Source of the DNA: Methyloligellaceae bacterium
Lineage (GTDB): Bacteria > Pseudomonadota > Alphaproteobacteria > Rhizobiales > CBDHHC01
DNA: 64,000 bases
Assembly (NCBI GenBank): GCA_050633205.1
Contig: JBOEGA010000020.1
Span: 1,387-65,386, forward strand
Reading direction: 5' to 3'
Shown here: positions 54,722 to 64,000 of the stretch, piece after piece
Numbering within the stretch: the stretch's first letter is position 1
How the letters are laid out: every line of letters begins with the position of its first letter
Program-made: the position numbers and the translations under genes
Notes under the pieces: generated by a model
What the model saw: the letters and a program-made list of their open reading frames with translations, nothing else
The model's database searches: none
What the model was told of the DNA's origin: nothing

Positions 54722-56254
54722 TTAGTTCTGGGTCAAAGTAACAACGCTGCCGCCAGTCTGATTAATGACGGAATTATTCAGATTTCCTGTTCCACCCTGC
54801 GTAATAACAGCAACATTGTTATCATTATCCTGGGTAATTACGGAGTTATTGAAATTGTTGTCACCTGATTGCAGAACATTCGCTACATTCAAGGAGCCAA
54901 ACTGTGTAATATCGCTGGATTGAGTATTACTAAAGCCAGTTTGTTCAACATTAGCCTGATTATTCGCCCCATCTTGTTGTATGACGGAAATATTGATCCC
55001 ATTTTCACTATCCTGCACTACGATACTCTCGTTATCGAGACCAGTTTGCCCAATATAGGAATCATTTGTGTTGGCAAGACCATTTTGGGTAATATTGGCA
55101 ATATTAACATCTCCATCCTGCGAAAGACTGGAAGTATTTATGCCAGCATCAGCTGATTGCTGGATAGCTGCCTGATTATCAAATCCGTTAATAAAGGCAG
55201 ATGAGGTATTGAAGGCCCCTGTCCCTGTTTGAGCAACTGCTGTTGTATTACCTGTTCCAAGCTGTATGGATAGAGAAGTGTTGGAAGTTGAATCTCCATC
55301 CTGAACAATAATGGCGGCATTTGCGCTACCAGCCTGACTGATTTCAGAATCGTTTGTGCTGCCAATACCAGACTGAACCGTGTCTGCGATGTGACCATCT
55401 CCTGTTTGTGTAGTGCGGGAGATATTATTGTTACCAGTACCGTCCTGTGTCACCGTAGCGCTTTGCGCGATACCATCCTGCGTAACCTCAGCATCAGAAG
55501 AAGTGTTGTCACCTGTTTGCAGAATAGTTGCTACACTGGCCTCTCCTGTTTGATCAACAGTTATAGCATTCAGATTATTAAGCCCTTCCTGAGCAACAAT
55601 TGCAGTCTGCGCATTACCATCCTGAGAAATAGCCGCTACATTATTGTTAAACGTTCCATTTTGTGAAACATCAACCGTATTATCATCTCCATTTTGATCC
55701 ACTGTTGCATCATTGGTATTTGCTTCCCCATTCTGATTTATAATTGCAACATTTTGTGCACCGAACTGAGAAACAGCTGAAGTGTTTGTATTACCAGTTA
55801 CACCCAGGCTATCCTGCAAAACAACAGCACTGTTATTATCGCCATCCTGTATGATAGATGATGTGTTAACAGCATTGTCTGTAGCATTCTGCAATACAGT
55901 GGCATCATTATTTCCACCCAGAGTTGCCTGGGTAATACTTGAAGTGTTACTGGATGTATCTGAGGAACCAATCTGATCTACAGTAGCGCTGTTAAAACCG
56001 CCATCAGTACTTTGGGTAACAGTAGAATCATTCAGCCCCCCATTAGCCTGTTGATTGATAATGGCATCACCTGTACCCGCACCAATCTGGTCAATTGTAG
56101 AATTATTTACTGAAGTAATATTGCCGCCAAGGTCCTGGTTGATCGTGGCGGTATTTACTCCGGCACTGTTAACAACTGAATTATTATCTGCAAATGCAGG
56201 AGTGGAGAATGCAATAAGAGCGATTGCTGTAGTAGCAAGCAAGTGACGTTTCAT
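54722..56254 (-). CDS. Secreted curlin-repeat (CsgA-like) protein with ~37 Q-x-G-x-x-N units
   Basis: The signal peptide is MKRHLLATTAIALIAFSTPAFA. The rest of the protein is made of 11-16-aa units such as AIINQNGEANTND, ATVDQNGDDNTVD, VSQNGTFNNNVA and AISQDGNAQTAIV, matching the curlin S-x5-Q-x-G-x2-N-x-A-x3-Q pattern. Confidence 0.75.
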   Translation of the reverse strand: MKRHLLATTAIALIAFSTPAFADNNSVVNSAGVNTATINQDLGGNITSVNNSTIDQIGAGTGDAIINQQANGGLNDSTVTQSTDGGFNSATVDQIGSSDTSSNTSSITQATLGGNNDATVLQNATDNAVNTSSIIQDGDNNSAVVLQDSLGVTGNTNTSAVSQFGAQNVAIINQNGEANTNDATVDQNGDDNTVDVSQNGTFNNNVAAISQDGNAQTAIVAQEGLNNLNAITVDQTGEASVATILQTGDNTSSDAEVTQDGIAQSATVTQDGTGNNNISRTTQTGDGHIADTVQSGIGSTNDSEISQAGSANAAIIVQDGDSTSNTSLSIQLGTGNTTAVAQTGTGAFNTSSAFINGFDNQAAIQQSADAGINTSSLSQDGDVNIANITQNGLANTNDSYIGQTGLDNESIVVQDSENGINISVIQQDGANNQANVEQTGFSNTQSSDITQFGSLNVANVLQSGDNNFNNSVITQDNDNNVAVITQGGTGNLNNSVINQTGGSVVTLTQN

Positions 56255-56354
56255 ATTTTTAATAACCTATACTATTATTGGATCATCATGATCCATACTC
56301 ACGGTTTGAAAATGTTCCACAGGAACAACTGAATGCAGGCCAAGCGGTATCGTT

Positions 56355-56546
56355 ATGCAATTTTATTAAATTGCACATGTATCAATATCATCCCACTCCG
56401 GAATTGGAATAAAACTGGTGAAATGCCCGACAGCGAGTGCAACCTAGCCGCAAATATTTAAGCCGTATTTAATGGGGAGAGAAAATAGGAAAGAAAAATT
56501 GCATTTTAAAATTTGAATGAGATTCAAAATAAATGCGTATGCAATT
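56355..56546. promoter_or_regulatory. Recurrent ATGCAATT(T) motif, four copies in both orientations, upstream of the curlin-repeat gene
   Basis: Copies lie at 56355-56363 (+), 56368-56376 (inverted, forming an 8-bp IR with the first), 56496-56504 (inverted) and 56539-56546 (+). Confidence 0.3.
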
Positions 56547-56555
56547 AGCACATAT

Positions 56556-56580
56556 CGAAACAGGTTGTAAACCTGTTTCG
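56556..56580 (-). terminator. 11-bp perfect hairpin CGAAACAGGTT-GTA-AACCTGTTTCG, 15 nt downstream of the serA stop
   Basis: Read directly from the sequence. There is no T-tract. Confidence 0.5.
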
Positions 56581-56594
56581 ACAAAACCTTAAGA

Positions 56595-57845
56595 TTATGA
56601 ACTTGGTCCATTTACTATGCGGGACCTGATCGTACCATCTGCTGCTCTCAACTCGGACAGAATATCCTTATCATCCGCAACACTGCCCTGTGCATCAATA
56701 ACCACATAGCCCACATCACCCTGTGTCTGTAGATACTGGCCGGAGATATTAATCTCATGTCCGCCAAAGATATCGTTGACGCGCTTGATGACGCCGGGGA
56801 TATTCCGGTGAATATGAATAAAGCGTGTTGCATTGGGAGCAAGTGGCAACTGAACCTGCGGGAAGTTCACAGCACCCGTTGTTGAACCTACGTCAGAATA
56901 TTCAACAAACTTACGGGCAACCTCGGAACCGATATGCTCCTGAGCTTCCTGCGTTGACCCGCCAATATGTGGCGTCAGAATAACATTATCCAGCCCGCAC
57001 AACACATTCTCAAACGGATCATCATTGGAACCAGGCTCAACCGGGAATACATCAATCGCTGCACCAGCCAGATGCTTGTCCTTTAAAGCACCTGCAAGGG
57101 CGTCAAGGTCAATCACATTACCTCTGGCATTATTGATAAGATAAGAGCCGGGCTTCATCGCACGGATCTCTTTTTCCGTGATCATGTTCTTGGTCTGAGG
57201 TGTCTGCGGAACATGAAGACTGACCACGTCAGATTGCCCTAGCAGGTCATAAAGGTCATTGGCAGGCAACACATTACCGTGCTTTAGCTTATCCATCAGA
57301 TCATGATAAATAACCCGCATCCCCATCGCTTCAGCCAGAACAGCAAGCTGGGAGCCAATATTACCATAACCAACAATACCCAGAGTTTTGCCGCGAACCT
57401 CATTACTGCCAACAGCACTTTTTTCCCATTTACCAGCATGAGCTGCATTGGAACGTGGGAAGATACGGCGGAACAGCATAACAATCTCGGCAATCGTAAG
57501 CTCTGCAACACTTCTTGTATTGGAAAACGGAGCATTAAAAACAGGCACGCCCAGAGTTTGTGCAGCCTGAAGATCAACCTGATTGGTGCCCACTGAGAAA
57601 CAGCCAACAGCGATAAGGCGGTCTGCGCTTTGCAGGACCTCTGCCGTTAATTTGGTGCGCGAACGAATACCCACCATACGAATGCCTTTAAGTGCATCTT
57701 TCAGTTCATCTGCATCAAGTGCCGTTTTCAAATGGGTAATATTCGAGTAACCGGCACCTTTAAGCGTATCAACCGCAGTTTGGGAAATACCTTCCAAAAG
57801 CAGGATAGGAATCTGTTCTTTAGGGAGTGAAAGCGTATTTATCAT
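56595..57845 (-). CDS. serA: D-3-phosphoglycerate dehydrogenase with C-terminal ACT domain
   Basis: It has the NAD-binding motif GIVGYGNIGSQLA, the catalytic region NNARGNVID...TPHIGGST, and a C-terminal ACT-like region. Confidence 0.93.
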   Translation of the reverse strand: MINTLSLPKEQIPILLLEGISQTAVDTLKGAGYSNITHLKTALDADELKDALKGIRMVGIRSRTKLTAEVLQSADRLIAVGCFSVGTNQVDLQAAQTLGVPVFNAPFSNTRSVAELTIAEIVMLFRRIFPRSNAAHAGKWEKSAVGSNEVRGKTLGIVGYGNIGSQLAVLAEAMGMRVIYHDLMDKLKHGNVLPANDLYDLLGQSDVVSLHVPQTPQTKNMITEKEIRAMKPGSYLINNARGNVIDLDALAGALKDKHLAGAAIDVFPVEPGSNDDPFENVLCGLDNVILTPHIGGSTQEAQEHIGSEVARKFVEYSDVGSTTGAVNFPQVQLPLAPNATRFIHIHRNIPGVIKRVNDIFGGHEINISGQYLQTQGDVGYVVIDAQGSVADDKDILSELRAADGTIRSRIVNGPSS

Positions 57846-57963
57846 TGTTTCTCTTCCGGTTCTCTGAAATCTGAAGCTGTTATGGGCACGTTTGAACCCT
57901 CAAACGCTTAAGGTCAAGCCCTTTCACCTGAGTTATTTTGTACATTACCAGTGCCTTACAATT

Positions 57964-57997
57964 AAAAAACGGGAGAAATCAGCCAGATCTCCCCCGT
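57964..57997 (-). terminator. Intrinsic terminator after creD (ACGGGGGAGA-loop-TCTCCCGT followed by T6 on the minus strand)
   Basis: Read on the minus strand, ~35 nt after the stop. Confidence 0.6.
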
Positions 57998-58029
57998 TTC
58001 AGTAAATACAAATCAGTGATTGCTATTAA

Positions 58030-59451
58030 CTATACAATTTCTTCTTTCACATCTTTTTTCACGCGTTTAGACCCTGTCCAGTCCACATTCCTGGTCGCAA
58101 ACATAACGATCGCAAGAAGGGTAAAGGCAGAAATAGAGCCGATAAGCATTGCATAATCTTCCATGCGCAGCAGCAGATAAAGCAGCCCGTAAATAAATGT
58201 CAGTACCAGCAGAATACCAAAACCTCGTTTGGCAGACTTCATTGCACCCCCGACATATGTCGCGATCAATATACTGGTGGAAACTGAGGAGACCCCATAC
58301 GCCAGCTCAAAACCCGTATGCTCGGAAATACCAAGCAGAACCAGATAGAAAATAATGGAAGCCAGCCCCACAAAAATATACTGTATCCAGTGAACCCGCA
58401 CACCGCTTTGTATTTCCAGAATGAACACAGCAAAAAATGCAATGGCGATAAAGCCCATGGCATATTTAAGAGACTTGTCAATGAGCTTGTAATATCCGGA
58501 CGTCTGGAAAAACTCCAGACCAAAAGTCCTGTTGCCCATAAATGCAGATACCTGGTTTGTCAGGAATGATTTGGATTGTCCAGTTGCCAGCAGAGGTACA
58601 TTCCAGTTGGCGTCAAACCCTTTTGCGGAAATATTACTTCCATCTGGAAGAAATGCTCCCTGGAAACTCGGGTGCGGCCAGTCGGACTTTATTTCACCGG
58701 TTGTTTTTGTTGCAACAGGCGTAAAGTACAGGTTGCTGGACCCGTTCAAATGCAATGTAAGAGAAAAGTTAAACTGGTTATTTGCAAGCGCCGCGCTGAT
58801 TGGAGCATGGAATCCGTAAGTGCCATTGTTGGCACTATGACCGATACTGGATTTAAATGGAATTTTCACTGCACCATCATTAACCTGAAGAACGATATTC
58901 TGTTTGATGGCAGTAACATCACTGATCATAAACACCATAACAGCATCATCCCAGACCAGCTCGTCAACCTCACGCATCATCTTGGTGGTATCAGGTTTAT
59001 TAAATCTGCCTGACACTGCACTGGTGCTTTTATAAACAGGGACAGAGAAAATACCTCTCTTGCGTATCTCGGTCCTGACATCCGACTTGATCGAAAGCTC
59101 TTCCGGTAAAAATACTGCAAGCCGCTTGGTTACTTTAATTTTGGTTGTGACTTTCTTTTCCTGCCCCTCATATGTATTGACCTTTATTTCTTCCCTTTTA
59201 ATTGTCGGAACAATCAGATACGGCCCCCGTACTGTCTGGCCTCGCCCCCACTTGCCGCTAATATCTGATAAAGCGCTATATGCGCTGCTCTTCCGTTCGC
59301 TATTCGTAAGACTGACAAAAAATAAGGGGATAGTCAGTATGATCAAAAGAAATCCGATCAGAATAAACTTGGCCGCAGGAGAAGACATTATTCTCCCTAT
59401 CGTACTAAACATATTCTGCAGTAAATCTACAAACCCGTTAGACATTTTCAT
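58030..59451 (-). CDS. creD: Cell-envelope integrity inner-membrane protein CreD
   Basis: It has an N-terminal TM helix, a large periplasmic region (GRGQTVRGPYLIVP...) and a C-terminal cluster of ~5 TM helices. Length and layout match CreD. Confidence 0.75.
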   Translation of the reverse strand: MKMSNGFVDLLQNMFSTIGRIMSSPAAKFILIGFLLIILTIPLFFVSLTNSERKSSAYSALSDISGKWGRGQTVRGPYLIVPTIKREEIKVNTYEGQEKKVTTKIKVTKRLAVFLPEELSIKSDVRTEIRKRGIFSVPVYKSTSAVSGRFNKPDTTKMMREVDELVWDDAVMVFMISDVTAIKQNIVLQVNDGAVKIPFKSSIGHSANNGTYGFHAPISAALANNQFNFSLTLHLNGSSNLYFTPVATKTTGEIKSDWPHPSFQGAFLPDGSNISAKGFDANWNVPLLATGQSKSFLTNQVSAFMGNRTFGLEFFQTSGYYKLIDKSLKYAMGFIAIAFFAVFILEIQSGVRVHWIQYIFVGLASIIFYLVLLGISEHTGFELAYGVSSVSTSILIATYVGGAMKSAKRGFGILLVLTFIYGLLYLLLRMEDYAMLIGSISAFTLLAIVMFATRNVDWTGSKRVKKDVKEEIV

Positions 59452-59558
59452 CTCCTGTTTTTATTTTTCAAATTAGAGATAGCAGTGCTATTTGCAGGAT
59501 AGGAGGCCGGTTTCCTGATATATGTGTGAAATTATGTGCAGCTTTTGTGCAGAGTCTC

Positions 59559-60590
59559 TTAGGCCGTGCCCGTCGCTTTTCCAGGCTCGACCCATCCGCG
59601 TAACTTCATATAACCACAGCCTGCCAGCAGCAATCCGCCGCCCGCCAGAAGATGCATGGATTTTTCAAACAATGTAATATTCAGGCTGTAATAATAGAAA
59701 ACAATCACAACTGGCAGCAATATCATGCCAATAATACTGATACGCCCTTCCTGCCTTTTATAACCAAGGATCAGCAGGCTTATTGCCAGCACAATCCCCG
59801 GATCGAGACGGGTCGTGAGGACCATAACCCCGGCAATCGCAATAATCATCGGTTCTGCATATTTCTTATGAAAGCCTCCAAATGCCCAGATAATAAGAGC
59901 AATCAATCCGGCAGACATCGCAATAGACACAACATTTACGGCATAGACTGCAGGCTTTGAATATGTAAAAGCGCTGAATGTCACCGCATAAACCAGATAG
60001 AACGAACCAACACAAAGGGAGGCTATCAGGCCATAAAAGATCGGTTCATATTCTTTTTCAATCTTTGGAAAGCAAAGAAATACGCCAACTCCCAGTATCT
60101 GCAGGATAAACATGATCTGCAGCCCCATACCTCCAATATCGTTGTCATGTCTGTCAAAATAGCAACTGATATTGAGCAGAACAAACAATGCTAGAATTGT
60201 TAGGAAACCCAGCAGCTTTTGTTGTGTAATCAGATATATGGGAAGAGAGATCAGAGTAAAGTAAAGGGCAACTCTGAATACAGAGTTCGGCTCCAGCCCT
60301 ATAAGATAAAACGTAATGCCCGCAACCCAGAGCGACAGGGCACAGATAATAAAAAAAGCATTATGTGCCAGAGGGCCTTTTTTACCTGTATAAAGCATTG
60401 CTACGGATCCAATAATCAGAATTCCGCCCAGGATTAAATGCTGATGATTATTTGAAGATGAAAAAATCTTCAGGCTGTATATCAGCCCTATAAAAAAGCT
60501 GGAAGCAACAACCATTCCGAAAGCAATAAGAAGATGCATATAAATCGGAGTTTCGTGCTCGGCAGCAGGAAGGGAATTTTGATCTGTCAT
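59559..60590 (-). CDS. Polytopic membrane protein (about 10 TM; DUF4401/DUF2157-like)
   Basis: The hydrophobicity pattern is polytopic. The gene neighbours the GDYXXLXY gene. The exact family is not verifiable by eye. Confidence 0.6.
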   Translation of the reverse strand: MTDQNSLPAAEHETPIYMHLLIAFGMVVASSFFIGLIYSLKIFSSSNNHQHLILGGILIIGSVAMLYTGKKGPLAHNAFFIICALSLWVAGITFYLIGLEPNSVFRVALYFTLISLPIYLITQQKLLGFLTILALFVLLNISCYFDRHDNDIGGMGLQIMFILQILGVGVFLCFPKIEKEYEPIFYGLIASLCVGSFYLVYAVTFSAFTYSKPAVYAVNVVSIAMSAGLIALIIWAFGGFHKKYAEPMIIAIAGVMVLTTRLDPGIVLAISLLILGYKRQEGRISIIGMILLPVVIVFYYYSLNITLFEKSMHLLAGGGLLLAGCGYMKLRGWVEPGKATGTA

Positions 60591-60612
60591 AAGTTAATTA
60601 CTCCTGCTGCAT

Positions 60613-61095
60613 TCATTTTGGAGAAATGGATTGCTTTGTTTCGTCAGCCAGGCCAACAAGAAGATAGTTCTGATCTTTATCAAATTTGAAAATGCCATAT
60701 TTGGCTTTATCATAATGTTTCCGGTGGCCTTCCTGAAACAGGAATGAATTGGGACGAATAGTAAATCTCGACCACTTCTTGACAAAACGGATTTTATATT
60801 CATTGGGGGTAAGCGCTTCACCTGCTTCATAAAAACGCTTGAACTGGGCTATACCCTCCGCATTTTCCTCAAGAACCATATAGCCGTTATGTTTTTTGTA
60901 ATCAGGTTTTTTGACTCGCTCTACCGCAAATCCCAAAACCATATAATCCCCCTGCAATAAGGAGCGCGGGTCTATAGGGGCAAGCTCCAGAAGAACTGTT
61001 TTTCCATTATTCTTGAGGGTTTCACTTTCATAAACTGTATATCCGAACACTCCGAGAATAATAACAGCAAGGAAAATCATGGCACCTGTTCTCAT
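60613..61095 (-). CDS. GDYXXLXY-domain protein
   Basis: It has an N-terminal TM helix, and the motif is visible as LLQGDYMVLGF. There is a 4-nt ATGA overlap with the upstream gene. Confidence 0.8.
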   Translation of the reverse strand: MRTGAMIFLAVIILGVFGYTVYESETLKNNGKTVLLELAPIDPRSLLQGDYMVLGFAVERVKKPDYKKHNGYMVLEENAEGIAQFKRFYEAGEALTPNEYKIRFVKKWSRFTIRPNSFLFQEGHRKHYDKAKYGIFKFDKDQNYLLVGLADETKQSISPK

Positions 61096-62063
61096 GAGGC
61101 TTCTCCCTTCAGCATATTACTCTTGAGGTTACGCAGATAGTGTGCGAGGCCGCTGACCAGACCAATGGTCATTAAAAGTGCAAGGAAAAGGAAACCCGGA
61201 CTTTCAACCTTGCCGGCATTGAGCCACAGATAGAGGAAACGCGCCCCGGCCACCTCCAGCACCACCCATAGGGCAATAACCGAAATCGCATGCGCCCATA
61301 GGTCTTTAATCTGGAACCGGTATACATAAAGGCTGGCTGCAAGCGCCAGAGCCCCCGCTAAAGCCGACAAGCCAAGAAACCGGGGTGCTTTGCTGTGGTG
61401 TGAGAATTCTCCATAGGAAAAAATATACCAGATCAATGGAATAAGTGAAATTCCCAGAATAACGAGAACTCCGATAATGCGTGTCCAGCGTTCATTCAGC
61501 CATGCAAAATCCAGTTTGAGAAACACTTCTCTCAGAATAAGTGCAACGCCGTTCAGGCCAAGCAGGATCATATAAAGCAGCGGTTTTGTCCCGAAACTGC
61601 TGCCAATTTCCTGATACCAGTACGTTAATACAAATGTATTTGTAACAACTAACCAGAAAACCCATTGAGTGGGAAATTTCGATATCAACGTCCACCCGAT
61701 AGTTAAAATAGCCCACATCATAAATAGCTGATAGGCATCAGCCCCGGTCTGGTACACCTGTCCAAATACGGCCATAAACACCCCGACCAGCACACTTGCC
61801 GAAAGCAGCAGAAGCTTGCCCGGAAGACTGTCGATTTTCATGACAATTACCCCGGCCAGACACAATATCATTGCACCCAGAACAATACCGAATTTGGAAA
61901 AGGGATGTATCGCATTCCAGTTATAGGCAAAAAAGAAAACAATCCCTGCAAGTACAAGAGAAGTTCCAAGCCCGAGCATTATTCTATAGGTCCATAATGC
62001 CCAGTCATGTTCGGGGATGCAGTCTGTATCAGATTGGGTTAGCTCAGCCGTCTCCGCAGTCAT
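61092..62063 (-). CDS. Polytopic membrane protein (DUF2157/DUF4401-like)
   Basis: It has ~9 TM helices and the motif VFFFAYNWNAIHPFSKF. It is operonic with the GDYXXLXY gene. Confidence 0.6.
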   Translation of the reverse strand: MTAETAELTQSDTDCIPEHDWALWTYRIMLGLGTSLVLAGIVFFFAYNWNAIHPFSKFGIVLGAMILCLAGVIVMKIDSLPGKLLLLSASVLVGVFMAVFGQVYQTGADAYQLFMMWAILTIGWTLISKFPTQWVFWLVVTNTFVLTYWYQEIGSSFGTKPLLYMILLGLNGVALILREVFLKLDFAWLNERWTRIIGVLVILGISLIPLIWYIFSYGEFSHHSKAPRFLGLSALAGALALAASLYVYRFQIKDLWAHAISVIALWVVLEVAGARFLYLWLNAGKVESPGFLFLALLMTIGLVSGLAHYLRNLKSNMLKGEAS

Positions 62064-62149
62064 TATCCTGCTCCCCCCATATGTAACATTGTTGTGATAT
62101 TACTATGTGGTCAGATGTGCCCGAAGTTCAACCCGATTCAGATTTTATT

Positions 62150-64000
62150 TTAGTATAATCTGTGAACACCATGCAGGCCACGTGGCCGCAGTCCTTTATG
62201 AGCTCTGGTCATAACATGCCGCCAGATCATCGCAGGGAGTTTGCCGCCCGTAACAGCCCGCATCGGAGTATTGTCATCATTACCGACCCAGACCCCCATA
62301 ACATAATAAGGGCTGTATCCAACAAACCAGGCATCCTTATAATCCTGAGTTGTCCCGGTTTTACCCGCCAGTGCCTGTCCTGAAAAATAGGCTCTTCTCC
62401 CTGTCCCCCGAAGAATTACAGAATTCATCATGCGGTTCATGGCTTTTACATAGACCAGCTCGATAATCTGCCCCGGTCCCTGTCCCTGACGTTCATAAAG
62501 AATCTTGCCACTGATGTTCCTGACCCGCTTGATAACATGAGGAAGTATCCCTTTTCCTCCATTAGCAAAAGGCACATAAGCCCCTGTTAGCTCAAGAAGG
62601 TTCACTTCCGCAGTGCCTAGCGCCAGAGAAGGCTCATGGTGGATTTCAGTTGATATTCCCAATCGTCTGGCTGTCCTCACCACTCGCTCTCTTCCCGCAT
62701 GTAGAAACAGCCTGACAGCAGCCGTATTAACGGATTTTCTCAGTGCCTGCCTGATCGTGATCCGCCCTCGGTAAAAACCTGCATAGTTACGTGGTCTCCA
62801 CCCGTCTACATCAATCGGTGTATCCAGAACATAAGAACCCGGAGTAAGTCCGCTTTCTAGCGCAGCAAGAAAAACAAACGGTTTAAACGCAGATCCGGGC
62901 TGTCTTTTTGCTTTGGTAGCCCTGTTATAGGGGCTCTTTTTATGGGACAGCCCACCTGAAAGAGCTTTGATACCACCTGAGGCATCATAGATTACAGCAG
63001 CCGCCTCGCTGGCACGACTGCGTCTTCCTTCTCTGGTTATAATATTACGAAGGCTGTGCTGCACCATAGCCTGAAGTTTTTTATCTATAGTTGTTTCGAC
63101 AACCAGATCTTTTTCATTATATCCTAAAAAGCCGGGTAGCCTGTGAGCAATAATCCAGTCAGCGACATAGCTGAAATCATTATCAATCGCTGTACGCCGA
63201 AGCTTGACCGGGTTGACAATTATTTTGCGGGCAAGACGTTTGTCAACAAGGTCCAGATCCATCATGCGCTTTAAAACAAGTTGGGTTCGCCTTCTTGATG
63301 TTTTGGGATTCTGTGTTGGACTATACCTCGAAGGAGCTTTTAGCAGTCCGGCAAGAAGGGCTGACTCTCCCAGGGTCAGATCCCCGGTCGTTTTTCCAAA
63401 ATATTGATAGGCGGCTGCTTCAATGCCATGTGCGCCTGCACCAAAATAAACCCGGTTAAGGTACAGTTCTATAATTTCCTCTTTGGATAGACGTATCTCC
63501 ATCCATATTGCAGCCATGGCTTCCTTTAATTTACGGCTTACAGACTGTTTTGAGGAAAAGTACAGGTTCTTTGCAAGCTGCTGGGTAATGGTCGATCCGC
63601 CCTGAACGACCTGACCGGTCCGGTAGTTTGTCCAGCCAGCCCGTATAAGCCCATAAGGATCAATACCAAAATGATCATAAAAACGGCTGTCCTCAATGGC
63701 CAGCACTGCATTGACCAGATGCCTGGGCATATGTTCAATGCGGATATGCTCTCTTCTCATCCCACGGCTGGCTATAATCGAACCATCAGTTGATAGTATC
63801 GTAACATTGGGAGGCCTTTTATTTTTTCCTGCAAGTACAGGATCAGGAAGCGTCAGTGCAAAATAGCTGAGCGTACCAAGAAATGTGACAACACCCCATA
63901 TGGTCAGAACAGTCAGCCAATAGGTCATTATTCGCAAGAAGCGGCGTTTTCTTTTCGGGGGAGCGGAAGGCTTGGGTTCTTCAGTGGGACTTTCAGAGAC
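62150..64000 (-). CDS. Class A penicillin-binding protein (PBP1A family; GT51 transglycosylase plus transpeptidase); the N-terminus runs off the right edge
   Basis: Motifs are EDSRFYDHFGIDP, GGSTITQQLAKN, SAFKPF (SxxK), SVN and KTGTT. The frame stays open upstream of the track start (…PKRKRRFLRIMTYWLTVL…) to position 64000. Confidence 0.9.
   Translation of the reverse strand, partial: VSESPTEEPKPSAPPKRKRRFLRIMTYWLTVLTIWGVVTFLGTLSYFALTLPDPVLAGKNKRPPNVTILSTDGSIIASRGMRREHIRIEHMPRHLVNAVLAIEDSRFYDHFGIDPYGLIRAGWTNYRTGQVVQGGSTITQQLAKNLYFSSKQSVSRKLKEAMAAIWMEIRLSKEEIIELYLNRVYFGAGAHGIEAAAYQYFGKTTGDLTLGESALLAGLLKAPSRYSPTQNPKTSRRRTQLVLKRMMDLDLVDKRLARKIIVNPVKLRRTAIDNDFSYVADWIIAHRLPGFLGYNEKDLVVETTIDKKLQAMVQHSLRNIITREGRRSRASEAAAVIYDASGGIKALSGGLSHKKSPYNRATKAKRQPGSAFKPFVFLAALESGLTPGSYVLDTPIDVDGWRPRNYAGFYRGRITIRQALRKSVNTAAVRLFLHAGRERVVRTARRLGISTEIHHEPSLALGTAEVNLLELTGAYVPFANGGKGILPHVIKRVRNISGKILYERQGQGPGQIIELVYVKAMNRMMNSVILRGTGRRAYFSGQALAGKTGTTQDYKDAWFVGYSPYYVMGVWVGNDDNTPMRAVTGGKLPAMIWRHVMTRAHKGLRPRGLHGVHRLY

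Noticed and set aside
1-64000. Mobile elements, CRISPR arrays, tRNA/rRNA genes, prophage or integron signatures
   Set aside because: I recognised no transposase, integrase or phage structural ORF, no regularly spaced direct repeats, and no tRNA-like T-arm or acceptor pattern while reading the intergenic regions. A dedicated tool should confirm this.

Overview
This is a 64-kb chromosomal window of moderate GC. The gene content looks alphaproteobacterial, probably marine: RegB/RegA/SenC, CarD next to FdxA, DUF952 next to PyrD, a TPR-sulfotransferase and a two-gene EgtBD pathway. That taxonomic call is inferred from gene content only. I can support about 55 protein-coding genes, including two that run off the window edges and are absent from the ORF track: an adhesin-like gene at 1..1118(-) and a PBP1A gene at 62150..>64000(-). 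I also call a set of stem-loop terminators. I found no rRNA, tRNA, CRISPR array, transposase or integrase. Clear housekeeping genes are lepA, pyrD, serA, fdxA, carD, msrB, phaZ and PBP1A. The strongest candidate for something undescribed is at 6.0-13.3 kb. An oversized 1835-aa GltB-type glutamate synthase is translationally coupled to a CysJ-type flavodoxin+FNR diflavin reductase, and no GltD is present in the window. Just upstream lies an operon of two zinc-ribbon C-methyltransferase paralogs plus a second, flavodoxin-less copy of the same reductase module. The last ~430 nt of that copy switch abruptly to a different synonymous-codon set. Other items worth a second look:
- an orphan HlyC-type toxin acyltransferase
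- a single-gene AIPR (abortive-infection-like) locus
- a ~37-unit curlin-repeat protein with no csgEFG nearby, next to two tandem 4-Cys secreted paralogs
- an uncharacterised gene packed directly behind egtB-egtD
- a SigK/RskA-fasciclin-MsrB module
- an orphan TRAP binding protein behind dctBD
- a CreD/GDYXXLXY/polytopic-membrane four-gene block
- several structured intergenic regions
All family assignments rest on motifs I read in the translations. No database search was run.
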